Assembly: GCA_964016885.1 (NCBI GenBank)
Contig: OZ024741.1
Span: 414,594,001-414,658,000, forward strand
DNA from: Eledone cirrhosa
Lineage: Eukaryota
DNA: 64,000 nucleotides
Direction of reading: 5' to 3'
Shown: positions 28,596 to 45,100 of the stretch, piece by piece
Numbering within the stretch: the stretch's first letter is position 1
Layout: each line of letters starts with the position of its first letter
Made by a program: the position numbers and the translations under genes
The notes under the pieces: model-generated
What the model was told of the DNA's origin: nothing
The model's database searches: none
Seen by the model: only the letters and a program-made list of their open reading frames with translations

Positions 28596-31500
28596 ACCTA
28601 CATGACACGTAATTTGGTCTGACACTCTACCGAGTATAAGACACCAGGAGACCTACATCACACTTACTTTGGTCTGACACTCTACCGAGTATAAGACACC
28701 AGGAGACCTACATCACACATACTTTGGTCTGACACTCTACCGAGTATAACACACCAGGAGACCTACATCACACATACTTTGGTCTGACACTCTACCAAGT
28801 ATAACACACCAGGAGACCTACAGCACACATACTTTGGTCTGACACTCTACCAAGTATAAGACACCAGGAGACATACATCACACATACTTTGGTCTGACAC
28901 TCTACCGAGTATAACACACCAGGAGACCTACATCACACATACTTTGGTCTGACACTCTACCGAGTATAACACACCAGGAGACCTACAGCACACATACTTT
29001 GGTCTCACACTCTACTGAGTATAACACACGAGGAGACCTACATCACACATACTTTGGTCTGACACTCTACCGAGTATAACACACCAGGAGAACTACATCA
29101 CACATACTTGGTCTGACACTCTACCGAGTATAACACACCAGGAGACCTACATCACACATACATAGATCTGACACTCTACCGCGTATAAGACACCAGGAGA
29201 CCTACATCACACGTACTTTGGTGTGACACTCTACCGAGTATAAGACACCAGGAGACCTACATCACACGTACTTTGGTCTGACGCTCTACCGAGTATAAGA
29301 CACCAGGAGACCTACATCACACATACATAGGTCTGACACTCTACCGAGTATAAGACACCAGGAGACCTACATCACACGTACTTTGGTCTCACACTCTACC
29401 GAGTATAAGACACCAGGAGACCTACAGCACACATACTTTGATCTGACACTCTACCGAGTATAAGACACCAGGAGACCTACATCACACGTACTTTGGTCTG
29501 ACACTCTACCGCGTATAAGACACCGGGAGACCTACATCACACGTACTTTGGTCTGACACTCTACCGAGTATAAGACACCAGGAGACCTACATCACACGTA
29601 CTTTGGTCTGACACTCTACCAAGTATAAGACACCAGGAGACCTACATCACACATACATAGGTTTAACACTCTACCGAGTATAAGACACCAGGAGACCTAC
29701 ATCACACATACATAGGTTTAACACTCTACTGAGTATAAGACACCAGGAGACCTACATCACACATACTTTGGTCTGACACTCTACCGAGTATAAGACACCA
29801 GGAGACCTACATCACACATACTTTGGTCTGACACTCTACCGAGTATAAGACACCAGGAGACCTACATCACACGTACTTTGGTCTTACACTCTACCGAGTA
29901 TAAGACACCAGGAGGCCTACATCACACGTACTTTGGTCTGACACTCTACCGAATATAAGACACCAGGAGACCTACATCACACGTACTTTGGTCTGACACT
30001 CTACCGGGTATAAGACACCAGGAGACCTACATCACACGTACTTTGGTCTGACACTCTACCGAGTATAAGACACCAGGAGACCTACATCACATGTACTTTG
30101 GTCTGACACTCTACCAAGTATAAGCCACCAGGAGACCTACATCACACATACTTTGGTCTGACACTTTACCAAGTATAAGACACCAGGAGACCTACATCAC
30201 ACATACATAGGTCTGACACTCTACCGAGTATAAGACACCTGGAGACCTACAGCACACATACTTTGGTCTCACACCCTACCGAATATAAGACGCCAGGAGA
30301 CCTACATCACACATACTTTGGTCTTACACTCTACCGAGTATAAGACACCAGGAGACCTACATCACACATACTTTGGTCTTACACTCTACCAAGTATAAGA
30401 CACCAGGAGACCTACATCACACATACTTTGGTCTGACACTCTACCGAGTATAAGACACCAGGAGACCTACATCACACATACATAGGTTTAACACTCTACC
30501 GAGTATAAGACACCAGGAGACCTACATCACACATATATAGGTTTAACACTCTACTGAGTATAAGACACCGGGAGACCTACATCACACGTACTTTGGTCTG
30601 ACACTCTACCGAGTATAAGACACCAGGAGACCTACATCACACGTACTTTGGTCTGACACTCTACCGAGTATAAGACACCAGGAGACCTACATCACACATA
30701 CATAGGTTTAACACTCTACCGAGTATAAGACACCAGGAGACCTACATCACACATACATAAGTTTAACACTCTACTGAGTATAAGACACCAGGAGACCTAC
30801 ATCACACATACTTTGGTCTGACACTCTACCGAGTATAAGACACCAGGAGACCTACATCACACATACTTTGGTCTGACACTCTACCGAGTATAAGACACCA
30901 GGAGACCTACATCACACGTACTTTGGTCTTACACTCTACCGAGTATAAGACACCAGGTGGCCTACATCACACGTACTTTGGTCTGACACTCTACCGAATA
31001 TAAGACACCAGGAGACCTACATCACACGTACTTTGGTCTGACACTCTACCGAGTATAAGACACCAGGAGACCTACATCACACGTACTTTGGTCTGACACT
31101 CTACCGAGTATAAGACACCAGGAGACCTACATCACATGTACTTTGGTCTGACACTCTACCAAGTATAAGCCACCAGGAGACCTACATCACACATACTTTG
31201 GTCTGACACTTTACCGAGTATAAGACACCAGGAGACCTACATCACACGTACTTTGGTCTCACACTCTACCAAGTATAAGACACCAGGAGACCTACATCAC
31301 ACATACTTTGGTCTTACACTCTACCGAGTATAAGACACCAGGAGACCTACATCACACATACTTTGGTCTTACACTCTACCAAGTATAAGACACCAGGAGA
31401 CCTACATCACACATACTTTGGTCTGACACTCTACCGAGTATAAGACACCAGGAGACCTACATCACACATACATAGATCTGACACTCTACCGCGTATAAGA

Positions 31501-34500
31501 CACCAGGAGACCTACATCACACGTACTTTGGTCTGACACTCTACCGAGTATAAGACACCAGGAGACCTACATCACACGTACTTTGGTCTGACACTCTACC
31601 CAGTATAAGACACCGGGAGACCTACATCACACGTACTTTGGGCTGACACTCTACCGAGTATAAGACACCAGGAGACCTACATCACACGTACTTTGGTCTG
31701 ACACTCTACCGAGTATAAGACACCAGGAGACCTACATCACACATACATAGGTTTAACACTCTACCGAGTATAAGACACCATGAGACCTACATCACACATA
31801 CATAGGTTTAACACTCTACTGAGTATAAGACACCAGGAGACCTACATCACACATACTTTGGTCTGACACTCTACCGACTATAAGACACTAGGAGACCTAC
31901 ATCACATGTACTTTGGTCTGACACTCTACCGAGTATAAGACACCAGGAGACCTACATCACACGTAATTTGGTCTGACACTCTACCGAGTATAAGACACCA
32001 GGAGACCTACATGACACGTACTTTGGTCTGACACTCTACCGAGTATAAGACACCGGGAGACCTACATCACACGTACTTTGGTCTGACACTCTACCGAGTA
32101 TAAGACACCAGGAGACCTACATGACACGTACTTTGGTCTGACACTCTACCGAGTATAAGACACCAGGAGACCTACATCACACGGACTTTGGTCTGACACT
32201 CTACCGAGTATAAGACACCAGGAGACCTACATCACACATACTTTGGTCTGACACTCTACCGAGTATAACACACCAGGAGATCTACATAACACATACTTTG
32301 GTCTGACACTCTACCAAGTATAACACACCAGGAGACCTACAGCACACATACTTTGGTCTGACACTCTACCAAGTATAAGACACCAGGAGACCTACATCAC
32401 ACATACTTTGGTCTGACACTCTACCGAGTATAACACACCAGGAGACCTACATCACACATACTTTGGTCTGACACTCTACCGAGTATAACACACCAGGAGA
32501 CCTACAGCACACATACTTTGGTCTCACACTCTACTGAGTATAACACACGAGGAGACCTACATCGCACATACTTTGGTCTGACACTCTACCGAGTATAACA
32601 CACCAAGAGAACTACATCACACATACTTTGGTCTGACACTCTACCGAGTATAACACACCAGGAGACCTACAGCACACATACTTTGATCTGACAGTCTACC
32701 GAGTATAAGACACCAGGAGACCTACATCACACGTACTTTGGTCTGACACTCTACCGAGTATAACACACCAGGAGACCTACATCACACATACATAGATCTG
32801 ACACTCTACCGCGTATAAGACACCAGGAGACCTACATCACACGTACTTTGGTCTGACACTCTACCGAGTATAAGACACCAGGAGACCAACATCACACGTA
32901 CTTTGGTCTGACACTCTACCCAGTATAAGACACCGGGAGACCTACATCACACATACTTTGGTCTGACACTCTACCGAGTATAAGACACCAGGAGACCTAC
33001 ATCACACGTACTTTGGTCTGACACTCTACCGAGTATAGGTCAACAAGAGACCTACATCACACATACATAGGTTTAACACTCTACCGAGTATAAGACACCA
33101 GGAGACCTACATCACACATACATAGGTTTAACACTCTACTGAGTATAAGACACGAGGAGACCTACATCACACATACTTTGGTCTGACACTCTACCGAGTA
33201 TAAGACACCAGGAGACCTACATCACACATACTTTGGTCTGACACTCTACCGAGTATAAGACACCAGGAGACCTACATCACACGTACTTTGGTCTTACACT
33301 CTACCGAGTATAAGACACCAGGGGGCCTACATCACACGTACTTTGGTCTGACACTCTACCGAATATAAGACACCAGGAGACCTACATCAGACGTACTTTG
33401 GTCTGACACTACCGAGTATAAGACACCAGGAGACCTACATCACACGTACTTTGGTCTGACACTCTACCGAGTATAAGACACCAGGAGACCTACATCACAT
33501 GTACTTTGGTCTGACACTCTACCAAGTATAAGCCACCAGGAGACCTACATCACACATACTTTGGTCTGACACTTTACCGAGTATAAGACACCAGGAGACC
33601 TACATCACACATACTTTGGTCTGACACTCTACCGACTATAAGACACTAGGAGACCTACATCACACGTACTTTGGTCTGACACTCTACCGAGTATAAGACA
33701 CCAGGAGACCTACATCACACGTACTTTGGTCTGACACTCTACCGAGTATAAGACACCAGGAGACCTACATCACACGTACTTTGGTCTGACACTCTACCCA
33801 GTATAAGACACCGGGAGACCTACATCACACGTACTTTGGTCTGACATTCTACCGAGTATAAGACACCAGGAGACCTACATGACACGTAATTTGGTCTGAC
33901 ACTCTACCGAGTATAAGACACCAGGAGACCTACATCACACTTACTTTGGTCTGACACTCTACCGAGTATAAGACACCAGGAGACCTACATCACACATACT
34001 TTGGTCTGACACTCTACCGAGTATAACACACCAGGAGACCTACATCACACATACTTTGGTCTGACACTCTACCAAGTATAAGACACCAGGAGACATACAT
34101 CACACATACTTTGGTCTGACACTCTACCGAGTATAACACACCAGGAGACCTACAGCACACATACTTTGGTCTGACACTCTACCAAGTATAAGACACCAGG
34201 AGACATACATCACACATACTTTGGTCTGACACTCTACCGAGTATAACACACCAGGAGACCTACATCACACATACTTTGGTCTGACACTCTACCGAGTATA
34301 ACACACCAGGAGACCTACAGCACACATACTTTGGTCTCACACTCTACTGAGTATAACACACGAGGAGACCTACATCACACATACTTTGGTCTGACACTCT
34401 ACCGAGTATAACACACCAGGAGAACTACATCACACATACTTTGGTCTGACACTCTACCGAGTATAACACACCAGGAGACCTACATCACACATACATAGAT

Positions 34501-36150
34501 CTGACACTCTACCGCGTATAAGACACCAGGAGACCTACATCACACGTACTTTGGTGTGACACTCTACCGAGTATAAGACACCAGGAGACCTACATCACAC
34601 GTACTTTGGTCTGACGCTCTACCGAGTATAAGACACCAGGAGACCTACATCACACATACATAGGTCTGACACTCTACCGAGTATAAGACACCAGGAGACC
34701 TACATCACACGTACTTTGGTCTCACACTCTACCGAGTATAAGACACCAGGAGACCTACAGCACACATACTTTGATCTGACACTCTACCGAGTATAAGACA
34801 CCAGGAGACCTACATCACACGTACTTTGGTCTGACACTCTACCGCGTATAAGACACCAGGAGACCTACATCACACGTACTTTGGTCTGACACTCTACCGA
34901 GTATAAGACACCAGGAGACCTACATCACACGTACTTTGGTCTGACACTCTACCCAGTATAAGACACCGGGAGACCTACATCACACGTACTTTGGTCTGAC
35001 ACTCTACCGAGTATAAGACACCAGGAGACCTACATCACACGTACTTTGGTCTGACACTCTACCAAGTATAAGACACCAGGAGACCTACATCACACATACA
35101 TAGGTTTAACACTCTACCGAGTATAAGACACCAGGAGACCTACATCACACATACATAGGTTTAACACTCTACTGAGTATAAGACACCAGGAGACCTACAT
35201 CACACATACTTTGGTCTGACACTCTACCGAGTATAAGACACCAGGAGACCTACATCACACATACTTTGGTCTGACACTCTACCGAGTATAAGACACCAGG
35301 AGACCTACATCACACGTACTTTGGTCTTACACTCTACCGAGTATAAGACACCAGGAGGCCTACATCACACGTACTTTGGTCTGACACTCTACCGAATATA
35401 AGACACCAGGAGACCTACATCACACATACATAGGTCTGACACTCTACCGAGTATAAGACACCAGGAGACCTACATCACACATACATAGGTCTGACACTCT
35501 ACCGAGTATAAGACACCAGGAGACCTACAGCACACATACTTTGGTCTCACACCCTACCGAATATAAGACACCAGGAGACCTACATCACACATACTTTGGT
35601 CTTACACTCTACCGAGTATAAGACACCAGGAGACCTACATCACACATACTTTGGTCTTACACTCTACCAAGTATAAGACACCAGGAGACCTACATCACAC
35701 ATACTTTGGTCTGACACTCTACCGAGTATAAGACACCAGGAGACCTACATCACACATACATAGGTTTAACACTCTACCGAGTATAAGACACCAGGAGACC
35801 TACATCACACATACATAGGTTTAACACTCTACTGAGTATAAGACACCAGGAGACCTACATCACACATACTTTGGTCTGACACTCTACCGAGTATAAGACA
35901 CCAGGAGACCTACATCACACATACTTTGGTCTGACACTCTAGCGAGTATAACACACCAGGAGACCTACATCACACGTACTTTGGTCTGACACTCTACCGA
36001 GTATAACACACCAGGAGACCTACATCACACATACATAGGTTTAACACTCTACCGAGTATAAGACACCAGGAGACCTACATCACACGTACTTTGGTCTTAC
36101 ACTCTACCGAGTATGAGACACCAGGAGACCTACATCACACGTACTTTGGT
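19530..36150. repeat. Tandem ~8.4 kb HOR pair (153-154 monomers)
   Basis: Offset 8410 for CATGACACGTAAT 20191/28601 and TACTTGG 20695/29105. The offset becomes 8465 after one extra monomer near 29650 (GACAGTC 24225/32690, TAGCGAG 27475/35940). Confidence 0.85.
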
Positions 36151-39100
36151 CTGACACTCTACCGAGTATAAGACACCAGGAGACCTACATCACACAGACA
36201 TAGGTCTGACACTCTACCGAGTATAAGACACCAGGAGACCTACATCACACATACTTTGGTCTGACACTCTACCGAGTATAAGACACCAGGAGATCTACAT
36301 CACACATACTTTGGTCTGACACTCTACCGAGTATAACACACCAGGAGACCTACATCACACATACTTTGGTCTCACACTCTACCGAGTATAACACACCAGG
36401 AGACCTACAGCACACATACTTTGGTCTGACACTCTACCGAGTATAACACACCAGGAGACCTACATCACACATACTTTGGTCTGACACTCTACCGAGTATA
36501 AGACACCAGGAGACCTACATCACGCATACTTTGGTCTGACACTCTACCGCGTATAAGACACCAGGAGACCTACATCACACGTACTTTGGTCTGACACTCT
36601 ACCGAGTATAAGACACCAGGAGACCTACATCACACGTACTTTGGTCTGACACTCTACCCAGTATAAGACACCGGGAGACCTACATCACACATACTTTGGT
36701 CTGACACTCTACCGAGTATAAGACACCAGGAGACCTACATCACACGTACTTTGGTCTGACACTCTACCGAGTATAAGACACCAGGAGACCTACATCACAC
36801 GTACTTTGGTCTGACACTCTACCGAGTATAAGACACCAGGAGACCTACATCACACGTACTTTGGTCTGACACTCTACCGAGTATAAGACACCAGGAGACC
36901 TACATCACACGTACTTTGGTCTGACACTCTACCGAGTATAACACACCAGGAGACCTACAGCACACATACTTTGGTCTGACACTCTACCGAGTATAACACA
37001 CGAGGAGACGTACATCACACATACTTTGGTCTGACACTCTACCGAGTATAACACACCAGGAGACCTACATCACACATACATAGGTCTGACACTCTACCGA
37101 GTATAAGACACCAGGAGACCTACATCACACGTACTTTGGTCTGACACTCTACCGAGTATAACACACCAGGAGACCTACAGCACACATACTTTGGTCTGAC
37201 ACTCTACCAAGTATAAGACACCAGGAGACCAACATCACACATACTTTGGTCTGACACTCTACCGAGTATAACACACCAGGAGACCTACATCACACATACA
37301 TAGGTCTGACACTCTACCGAGTATAAGACACCAGGAGACCTACATCACACATACATAGGTCTGACACTCTACCGAGTATAAGACACCGGGAGACCTACAT
37401 CACGCATACTTTGGTCTGACACTCTACCGAGTATAAGACACCAGGAGACCTACATCACACGTACTTTGGTCTGACACACTACCGAGTATAACACACCAGG
37501 AGACCTACATCACACATACTTTGGTCTGACACTCTACCGAGTATAACACACCAGGAGACCTACATCACACATACTTTGGTCTGACACTCTACAGAGTATA
37601 ACACACCAGGAGACCTACATCACACATACTTTGGTCTGACACTCTACCGAGTATAACACACCAGGAGACCTACAGCACACATACTTTGGTCTCACACTCT
37701 ACCGAGTATAACACACGAGGAGACCTACATCGCACATACTTTGGTCTGACACTCTACCGAGTATAACACACCAGGAGACCTACATCACACATACTTTGGT
37801 CTGACACTCTACCGAGTATAACACACCAGGAGACCTACATCGCACATACTTTGGTCTGACACTCTACCGATTATAAGACACCAGGAGACCTACATAAACA
37901 CATACATAGGTTTAACACACTACTGAGTATAAGACACCAGGAGACCTACATCACACATACATAGGTCTGACACTCTACCGAGTATAAGACACCAGGAGAC
38001 CTACATCACACATACATCGGTCTGACACTCTACCGAGTATAAGACACCAGGAGACCTACATCAAACGTACTTTGGTCTCACACTCTACCGAGTATAAGAC
38101 ACCAGGAGACCTACATCACACATACTTTGGTCCGACACTCTGCCGACTATAAGACACTAGGAGACCTACATCACACGTACTTTGGTCTGACACTCTACCG
38201 AGTATAAGACACCAGGAGGCCTACAGCACACATACTTTGATCTGACACTCTACCGAGTATAAGACACCAGGAGACCTACATCACACGTACTTTGGTCTGA
38301 CACTCTACCGAGTATAACACACCAGGAGACCTACATCACACATACATAGATCTGACACTCTACCGCGTATAAGACACCAGGAGACCTACATCACACGTAC
38401 TTTGGTCTGACACTCTACCGAGTATAAGACACCAGGAGACCTACATCACACGTACTTTGGTCTGACACTCTACCGAGTATAAGACACCAGGAGACCTACA
38501 TCACACATACATAGGTTTAACACTCTACTGAGTATAAGACACCAGCAGACCTACATCACACATACTTTGGTCTGACACTCTACCGAGTATAAGACACCAG
38601 GAGACCTACATCACACATACTTTGGTCTGACACTCTACCGAGTATAAGACACCAGGAGACCTACATCACACGTACTTTGGTCTGACACTCTACCGAATAT
38701 AAGACACCAGGAGACCTACATCACACATACTTTGGTCTTACACTCTACCGAGTATAAGACACCAGGAGACCTACATCACACATACTTTGGTCTTACACTC
38801 TACCAAGTATAAGACACCAGGAGACCTACATCACACATACTTTGATCTGACACTCTACCGAGTATAAGACACCGGGAGACCTACATCACACATATTTTGG
38901 TCTGACACTCTACCGAGTATAAGACACCAGGAGACCTACATCACACATACATAGGTTTAACACTCTACCGAGTATAAGACACCAGGAGACCTACATCACA
39001 CATACATAGGTCTAACACTCTACCGAGTATAAGACACGAGGAGACCTACATCACACATACTTTGGTCTTACACTCTACCGAGTATAAGACACCTGGAGAC

Positions 39101-42100
39101 CTACATCACACGTACTTTGGTCTGACACTCTACCGAGTATAACACACCAGGAGACCTACATCACACGTACTTTGGTCTGACACTCTACCGAGTAAAAGAC
39201 ACCAGGAGACCTACATCACGCATACTTTGGTCTGACACTCTACCGCGTATAAGACACCAGGAGACCTACATCACACGTACTTTGGTCTGACACTCTACCG
39301 AGTATAAGACACCAGGAGACCTACATCACACGTACTTTGGTCTGACACTCTACCGAGTATAAGACACCAGAAGACCTACATCACACATACTTTGGTCTGA
39401 CACTCTACCGAGTATAAGACAACAGGAGACCTACATCACGCATACTTTGGTCTGACACTCTACCGCGTATAAGACACCAGGAGACCTACATCACACGTAC
39501 TTTGGTCTGACACTCTACCGAGTATAAGACACCAGGAGACCTACATCACACATACTTTGGTCTTACACTCTACCAAGTATAAGACACCAGGAGACCTACA
39601 TCACACATACTTTGGTCTGACACTCTACCGAGTATAAGACACCAGGAGACCTACATCACACGTACTTTGGTCTGACACTCTACCGAGTATAAGACACCAG
39701 GAGACCTACATCACACATACATAGGTTTAACACTCTACCGAGTATAAGACACCAGGAGACCTACATCACACATACTTTGGTCTGACACTCTACCGAGTAT
39801 AAGACACCAGGAGACCTACATCACACATACTTTGGTCTGACACTCTACCGAGTATAAGACACCAGGAGACCTACATCACACGTACTTTGGTCTTACACTC
39901 TACCGAGTATAAGACACCAGGAGGCCTACATCACACGTACTTTGGTCTGACACTCTACCGAATATAAGACACCAGGAGACCTACATCACACGTACTTTGG
40001 TCTGACACTCTACCGAGTATAAGACACCAGGAGACCTACATCACACGTACTTTGGTCTGGCACTCTACCGAGTATAAGACACCAGGAGACCTACATCACA
40101 TGTACTTTGGTCTGACACTCTACCAAGTATAAGCCACCAGGAGACCTACATCACACATACTTTGGTCTGACACTCTACCGAGTATAAGACACCAGAAGAC
40201 CTACATCACACATACTTTGGTCTGACACTCTACCGAGTATAAGACAACAGGAGACCTACATCACGCATACTTTGGTCTGACACTCTACCGCGTATAAGAC
40301 ACCAGGAGACCTACAGCACACATACTTTGGTCTCACACCCTACCGAATATAAGACACCAGGAGACCTACATCACACATACTTTGGTCTTACACTCTACCG
40401 AGTATAAGACACCAGGAGACCTACATCACACATACTTTGGTCTTACACTCTACCGAGTATAAGACACCAGGAGACCTACATCACACATACTTTGGTCTGA
40501 CACTCTACCGAGTATAAGACACCAGGAGACCTACATCACACATACTTTGGTCTTACACTCTACCGAGTATAAGACACCAGGAGACCTACATCACACATAC
40601 TTTGGTCTTACACTCTACCAAGTATAAGACACCAGGAGACCTACATCACACATACTTTGATCTGACACTCTACCGAGTATAAGACACCGGGAGACCTACA
40701 TCACACATATTTTGGTCTGACACTCTACCGAGTATAACACACCAGGAGACCTACATCACACATACATAGGTTTAACACTCTACCGAGTATAAGACACCAG
40801 GAGACCTACATCACACATACATAGGTCTGACACTCTACCGAGTATAAGACACCAGGAGACCTACATCACACATACTTTGGTCTGACACTCTACCGAGTAT
40901 AACACACCGGGAGATCTACATCACACATACTTTGGTCTGACACTCTACCGAGTATAACACACCAGGAGACCTACATCACATATACTTTGGTCTCACACTC
41001 TACCGAGTATAACACACCAGGAGACCTACAGCACACATACTTTGGTCTGACACTCTACCGAGTATAACACACCAGGAGACCTACATCACACGTACTTTGG
41101 TCTGACACTCTACCGAGTATAAGACACCAGGAGACCTACATCACACGTACTTTCGTCTGACACTCTACCGAGTATAACACACCAGGAGACCTACATCACA
41201 CGTACTTTGGTCTGACACTCTACCGAGTATAAGACACCAGGAGACCTACATCACACGTACTTTGGTCTGACACTCTACCGCGTATGAGACACCAGGAGAC
41301 CTACATCACACGTACTTTGGTCTGACACTCTACCGAGTATAAGACACCAGAAGACCTACATCACACGTACTTTGGTCTGACACTCTACCGAGTATAAGAC
41401 ACCAGAAGACCTACATCACACATACTTTGGTCTGACACTCTACCGAGTATAAGACACCAGGAGACCTACATCACGCATACTTTGGTCTGACACTCTACCG
41501 CGTATAAGACACCAGGAGACCTACATCACACATACTTTGGTCTGACACTCTACCGAGTATAAGACACCAGGAGACCTACATCACACGTACTTTGGTCTGA
41601 CACTCTACCGAGTATAAGACACCAGGAGACCTACATCACACGTACTTTGGTCTGACACTCTACCGAGTATAACACACCAGGAGACCTACATCACACATAC
41701 ATAGGTCTGACACTCTACCGAGTATAAGACACCAGGAGACCTACATCACGCATACTTTGGTCTGACACTCTGCCGAGTATAAGACACCAGGAGACCTACA
41801 TCACACATACTTTGGTCTGACACTCTACCGAGTATAACACACCAGGAGACCTACATCACACGTACTTTGGTCTGACACTCTACCCAGTATAAGACACCGG
41901 GAGACCTACATCACACATACATAGGTCTGACACTCTACCGAGTATAAGACACCAGGAGACCTACATCACGCATACTTTGGTCTGACACTCTACCGAGTAT
42001 AACACACCAGGAGACCTACATCACACATACATAGGTCTGACACTCTACCGAGTATAAGACACCAGGAGACCTACAGCACACATACTTTGGTCTGACACTC

Positions 42101-45100
42101 TACCAAGTATAACACACCAGGAGACCTACATCACACATACTTTGGTCTGACACTCTACCGAGTATAACACACCAGGAGACCTACATCACACATACATAGG
42201 TCTGACACTCTACCGAGTATAAGACACCGGGAGACCTACATCACACATACTTTGGTCTGACACTCTACCGAGTATAACACACCAGGAGACCTACTTCACA
42301 CATACATAGGTCTGACACTCTACCGAGTATAACACACCAGGAGACCTACATCACACATACATAGGTCTGACACTCTACCGAGTATAAGACACCGGGAGAC
42401 CTACATCACACATACTTTGGTCTGACACTCTACCGAGTATAAGACACCAGGAGACCTACATCACACGTACTTTGGTCTGACACTCTACCGAGTATAAGAC
42501 ACCAGGAGACCTATATCACACATACATAGGTCTGACACTCTACCGAGTATAAGACACCAGGAGACCTACATCACACGTACTTTGGTCTGACACTCTACCG
42601 AGTATAAGACACCAGGAGACCTACATCACACGTACTTTGGTCTGACACTCTACCGAGTATAAGACACCAGGAGACCTACATCACACGTACTTTGGTCTGA
42701 CACTCTACCGAGTATAAGACACCAGGAGACCTACATCACACGTACTTTGGTCTGACACTCTACCGAGTATAAGACACCAGGAGACCTACATCACACGTAC
42801 TTTGGTCTGACACTCTACCGAGTATAAGACACCAGGAGACCTACATCACGCATACTTTGGTCTGACACTCTACCGAGTATAAGACACCAGGAGAGCTACA
42901 TCACACGTACTTTGGTCTGACACACTACCGAGTATAACACACCAGGAGACCTACATCACACATACTTTGGTCTGACACTACCGAGTATAACACACCAGGA
43001 GACCTACATCACACATACTTTGGTCTGACACTCTACCGAGTATAACACACCAGGAGACCTACATCACACATACTTTGGTCTGACACTCTACCGAGTATAA
43101 CACACCAGGAGACCTACAGCACACATACTTTGGTCTCACACTCTACCGAGTATAACACACGAGGAGACCTACATCGCACATACTTTGGTCTCACACTCTA
43201 CCGAGTATAACACACGAGGAGACCTACATCACACATACTTTGGTCTGACACTCTACCGAGTATAACACACCAGGAGGCCTACATCGCACATACTTTGGTC
43301 TGACACTCTACCGATTATAAGACACCAGGAGACCTACATAAACACATACATAGGTTTAACACACTACTGAGTATAAGACACCAGGAGACCTACATCACAC
43401 ATACATAGGTCTGACACTCTACCGAGTATAAGACACCAGGAGACCTACATCACACATACATAGGTCTGACACTCTACCGAGTATAAGACACCAGGAGACC
43501 TACATCAAACGTACTTTGGTCTCACACTCTACCGAGTATAAGACACCAGGAGACCTACATCACACATACTTTGGTCCGACACTCTACCGACTATAAGACA
43601 CTAGGAGACCTACATCACACGTACTTTGGTCTGACACTCTACCGAGTATAAGACACCAGGAGACCTACAGCACACATACTTTGATCTGACACTCTACCGA
43701 GTATAAGACACCATGAGACCTACATCACACGTACTTTGGTCTGACACTCTACCGAGTATAACACACCAGGAGACCTACATCACACATACATAGATCTGAC
43801 ACTCTACCGCGTATAAGACACCAGGAGACCTACATCACACGTACTTTGGTCTGACACTCTACCGAGTATAAGACACCAGGAGACCTACATCACACGTACT
43901 TTGGTCTGACACTCTACCCAGTATAAGACACCGGGAGACCTACATCACACGTAATTTGGTCTGACACTCTACCGAGTATAAGACACCAGGAGACCTACAT
44001 CACACGTACTTTGGTCTGACACTCTACCGAGTATAAGACACCAGGAGACCTACATCACACATACATAGGTTTAACACTCTACCGAGTATAAGACACCAGG
44101 AGACCTACATCACACATACAGAGGTTTAACACTCTACTGAGTATAAGACACCAGCAGACCTACATCACACATACTTTGGTCTGACACTCTACCGAGTATA
44201 AGACACCAGGAGACCTACATCACACACACTTTGGTCTGACACTCTACCGAGTATAAGACACCAGGAGACCTACATCACACGTACTTTGGTCTGACACTCT
44301 ACCGAATATAAGACACCAGGAGACCTACATCACACATACTTTGGTCTTACACTCTACCGAGTATAAGACACCAGGAGACCTACATCACACATACTTTGGT
44401 CTTACACTCTACCAAGTATAAGACACCAGGAGACCTACATCACACATACTTTGATCTGACACTCTACCGAGTATAAGACACCGGGAGACCTACATCACAC
44501 ATATTTTGGTCTGACACTCTACCGAGTATAAGACACCAGGAGACCTACATCACACATACATAGGTTTAACACTCTACCGAGTATAAGACACCAGGAGACC
44601 TACATCACACATACATAGGTTTAACACTCTACCGAGTATAAGACACCAGGAGACCTACATCACACATACTTTGGTCTTACACTCTACCGAGTATAAGACA
44701 CCTGGAGACCTACATCACACGTACTTTGGTCTGACACTCTACCGAGTATAACACACCAGGAGACCTACATCACACGTACTTTGGTCTGACACTCTACCGA
44801 GTATAAGACACCAGGAGACCTACATCACGCATACTTTGGTCTGACACTCTACCGCGTATAAGACACCAGGAGAACTACATCACACGTACTTTGGTCTGAC
44901 ACTCTACCGAGTATAAGACACCAGGAGACCTACATCACACGTACTTTGGTCTGACACTCTACCGAGTATAAGACACCAGAAGACCTACATCACACATACT
45001 TTGGTCTGACACTCTACCAAGTATAAGACAACAGGAGACCTACATCACGCATACTTTGGTCTGACACTCTACCGCGTATAAGACACCAGGAGACCTACAT

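Larger units (their letters stand above)
1..36150. repeat. Sub-domain A of the array
   Basis: Variants seen only here: CCAGGGGGCC, CATCAGACGT linked to a 2-bp deletion (15 copies), TATAGGTCAAC, GGTGTGAC, GACGCTC, GACAGTC, CATGACAC and the 1-bp deletion TACTTGG (2181, 20695, 29105). Confidence 0.85.
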
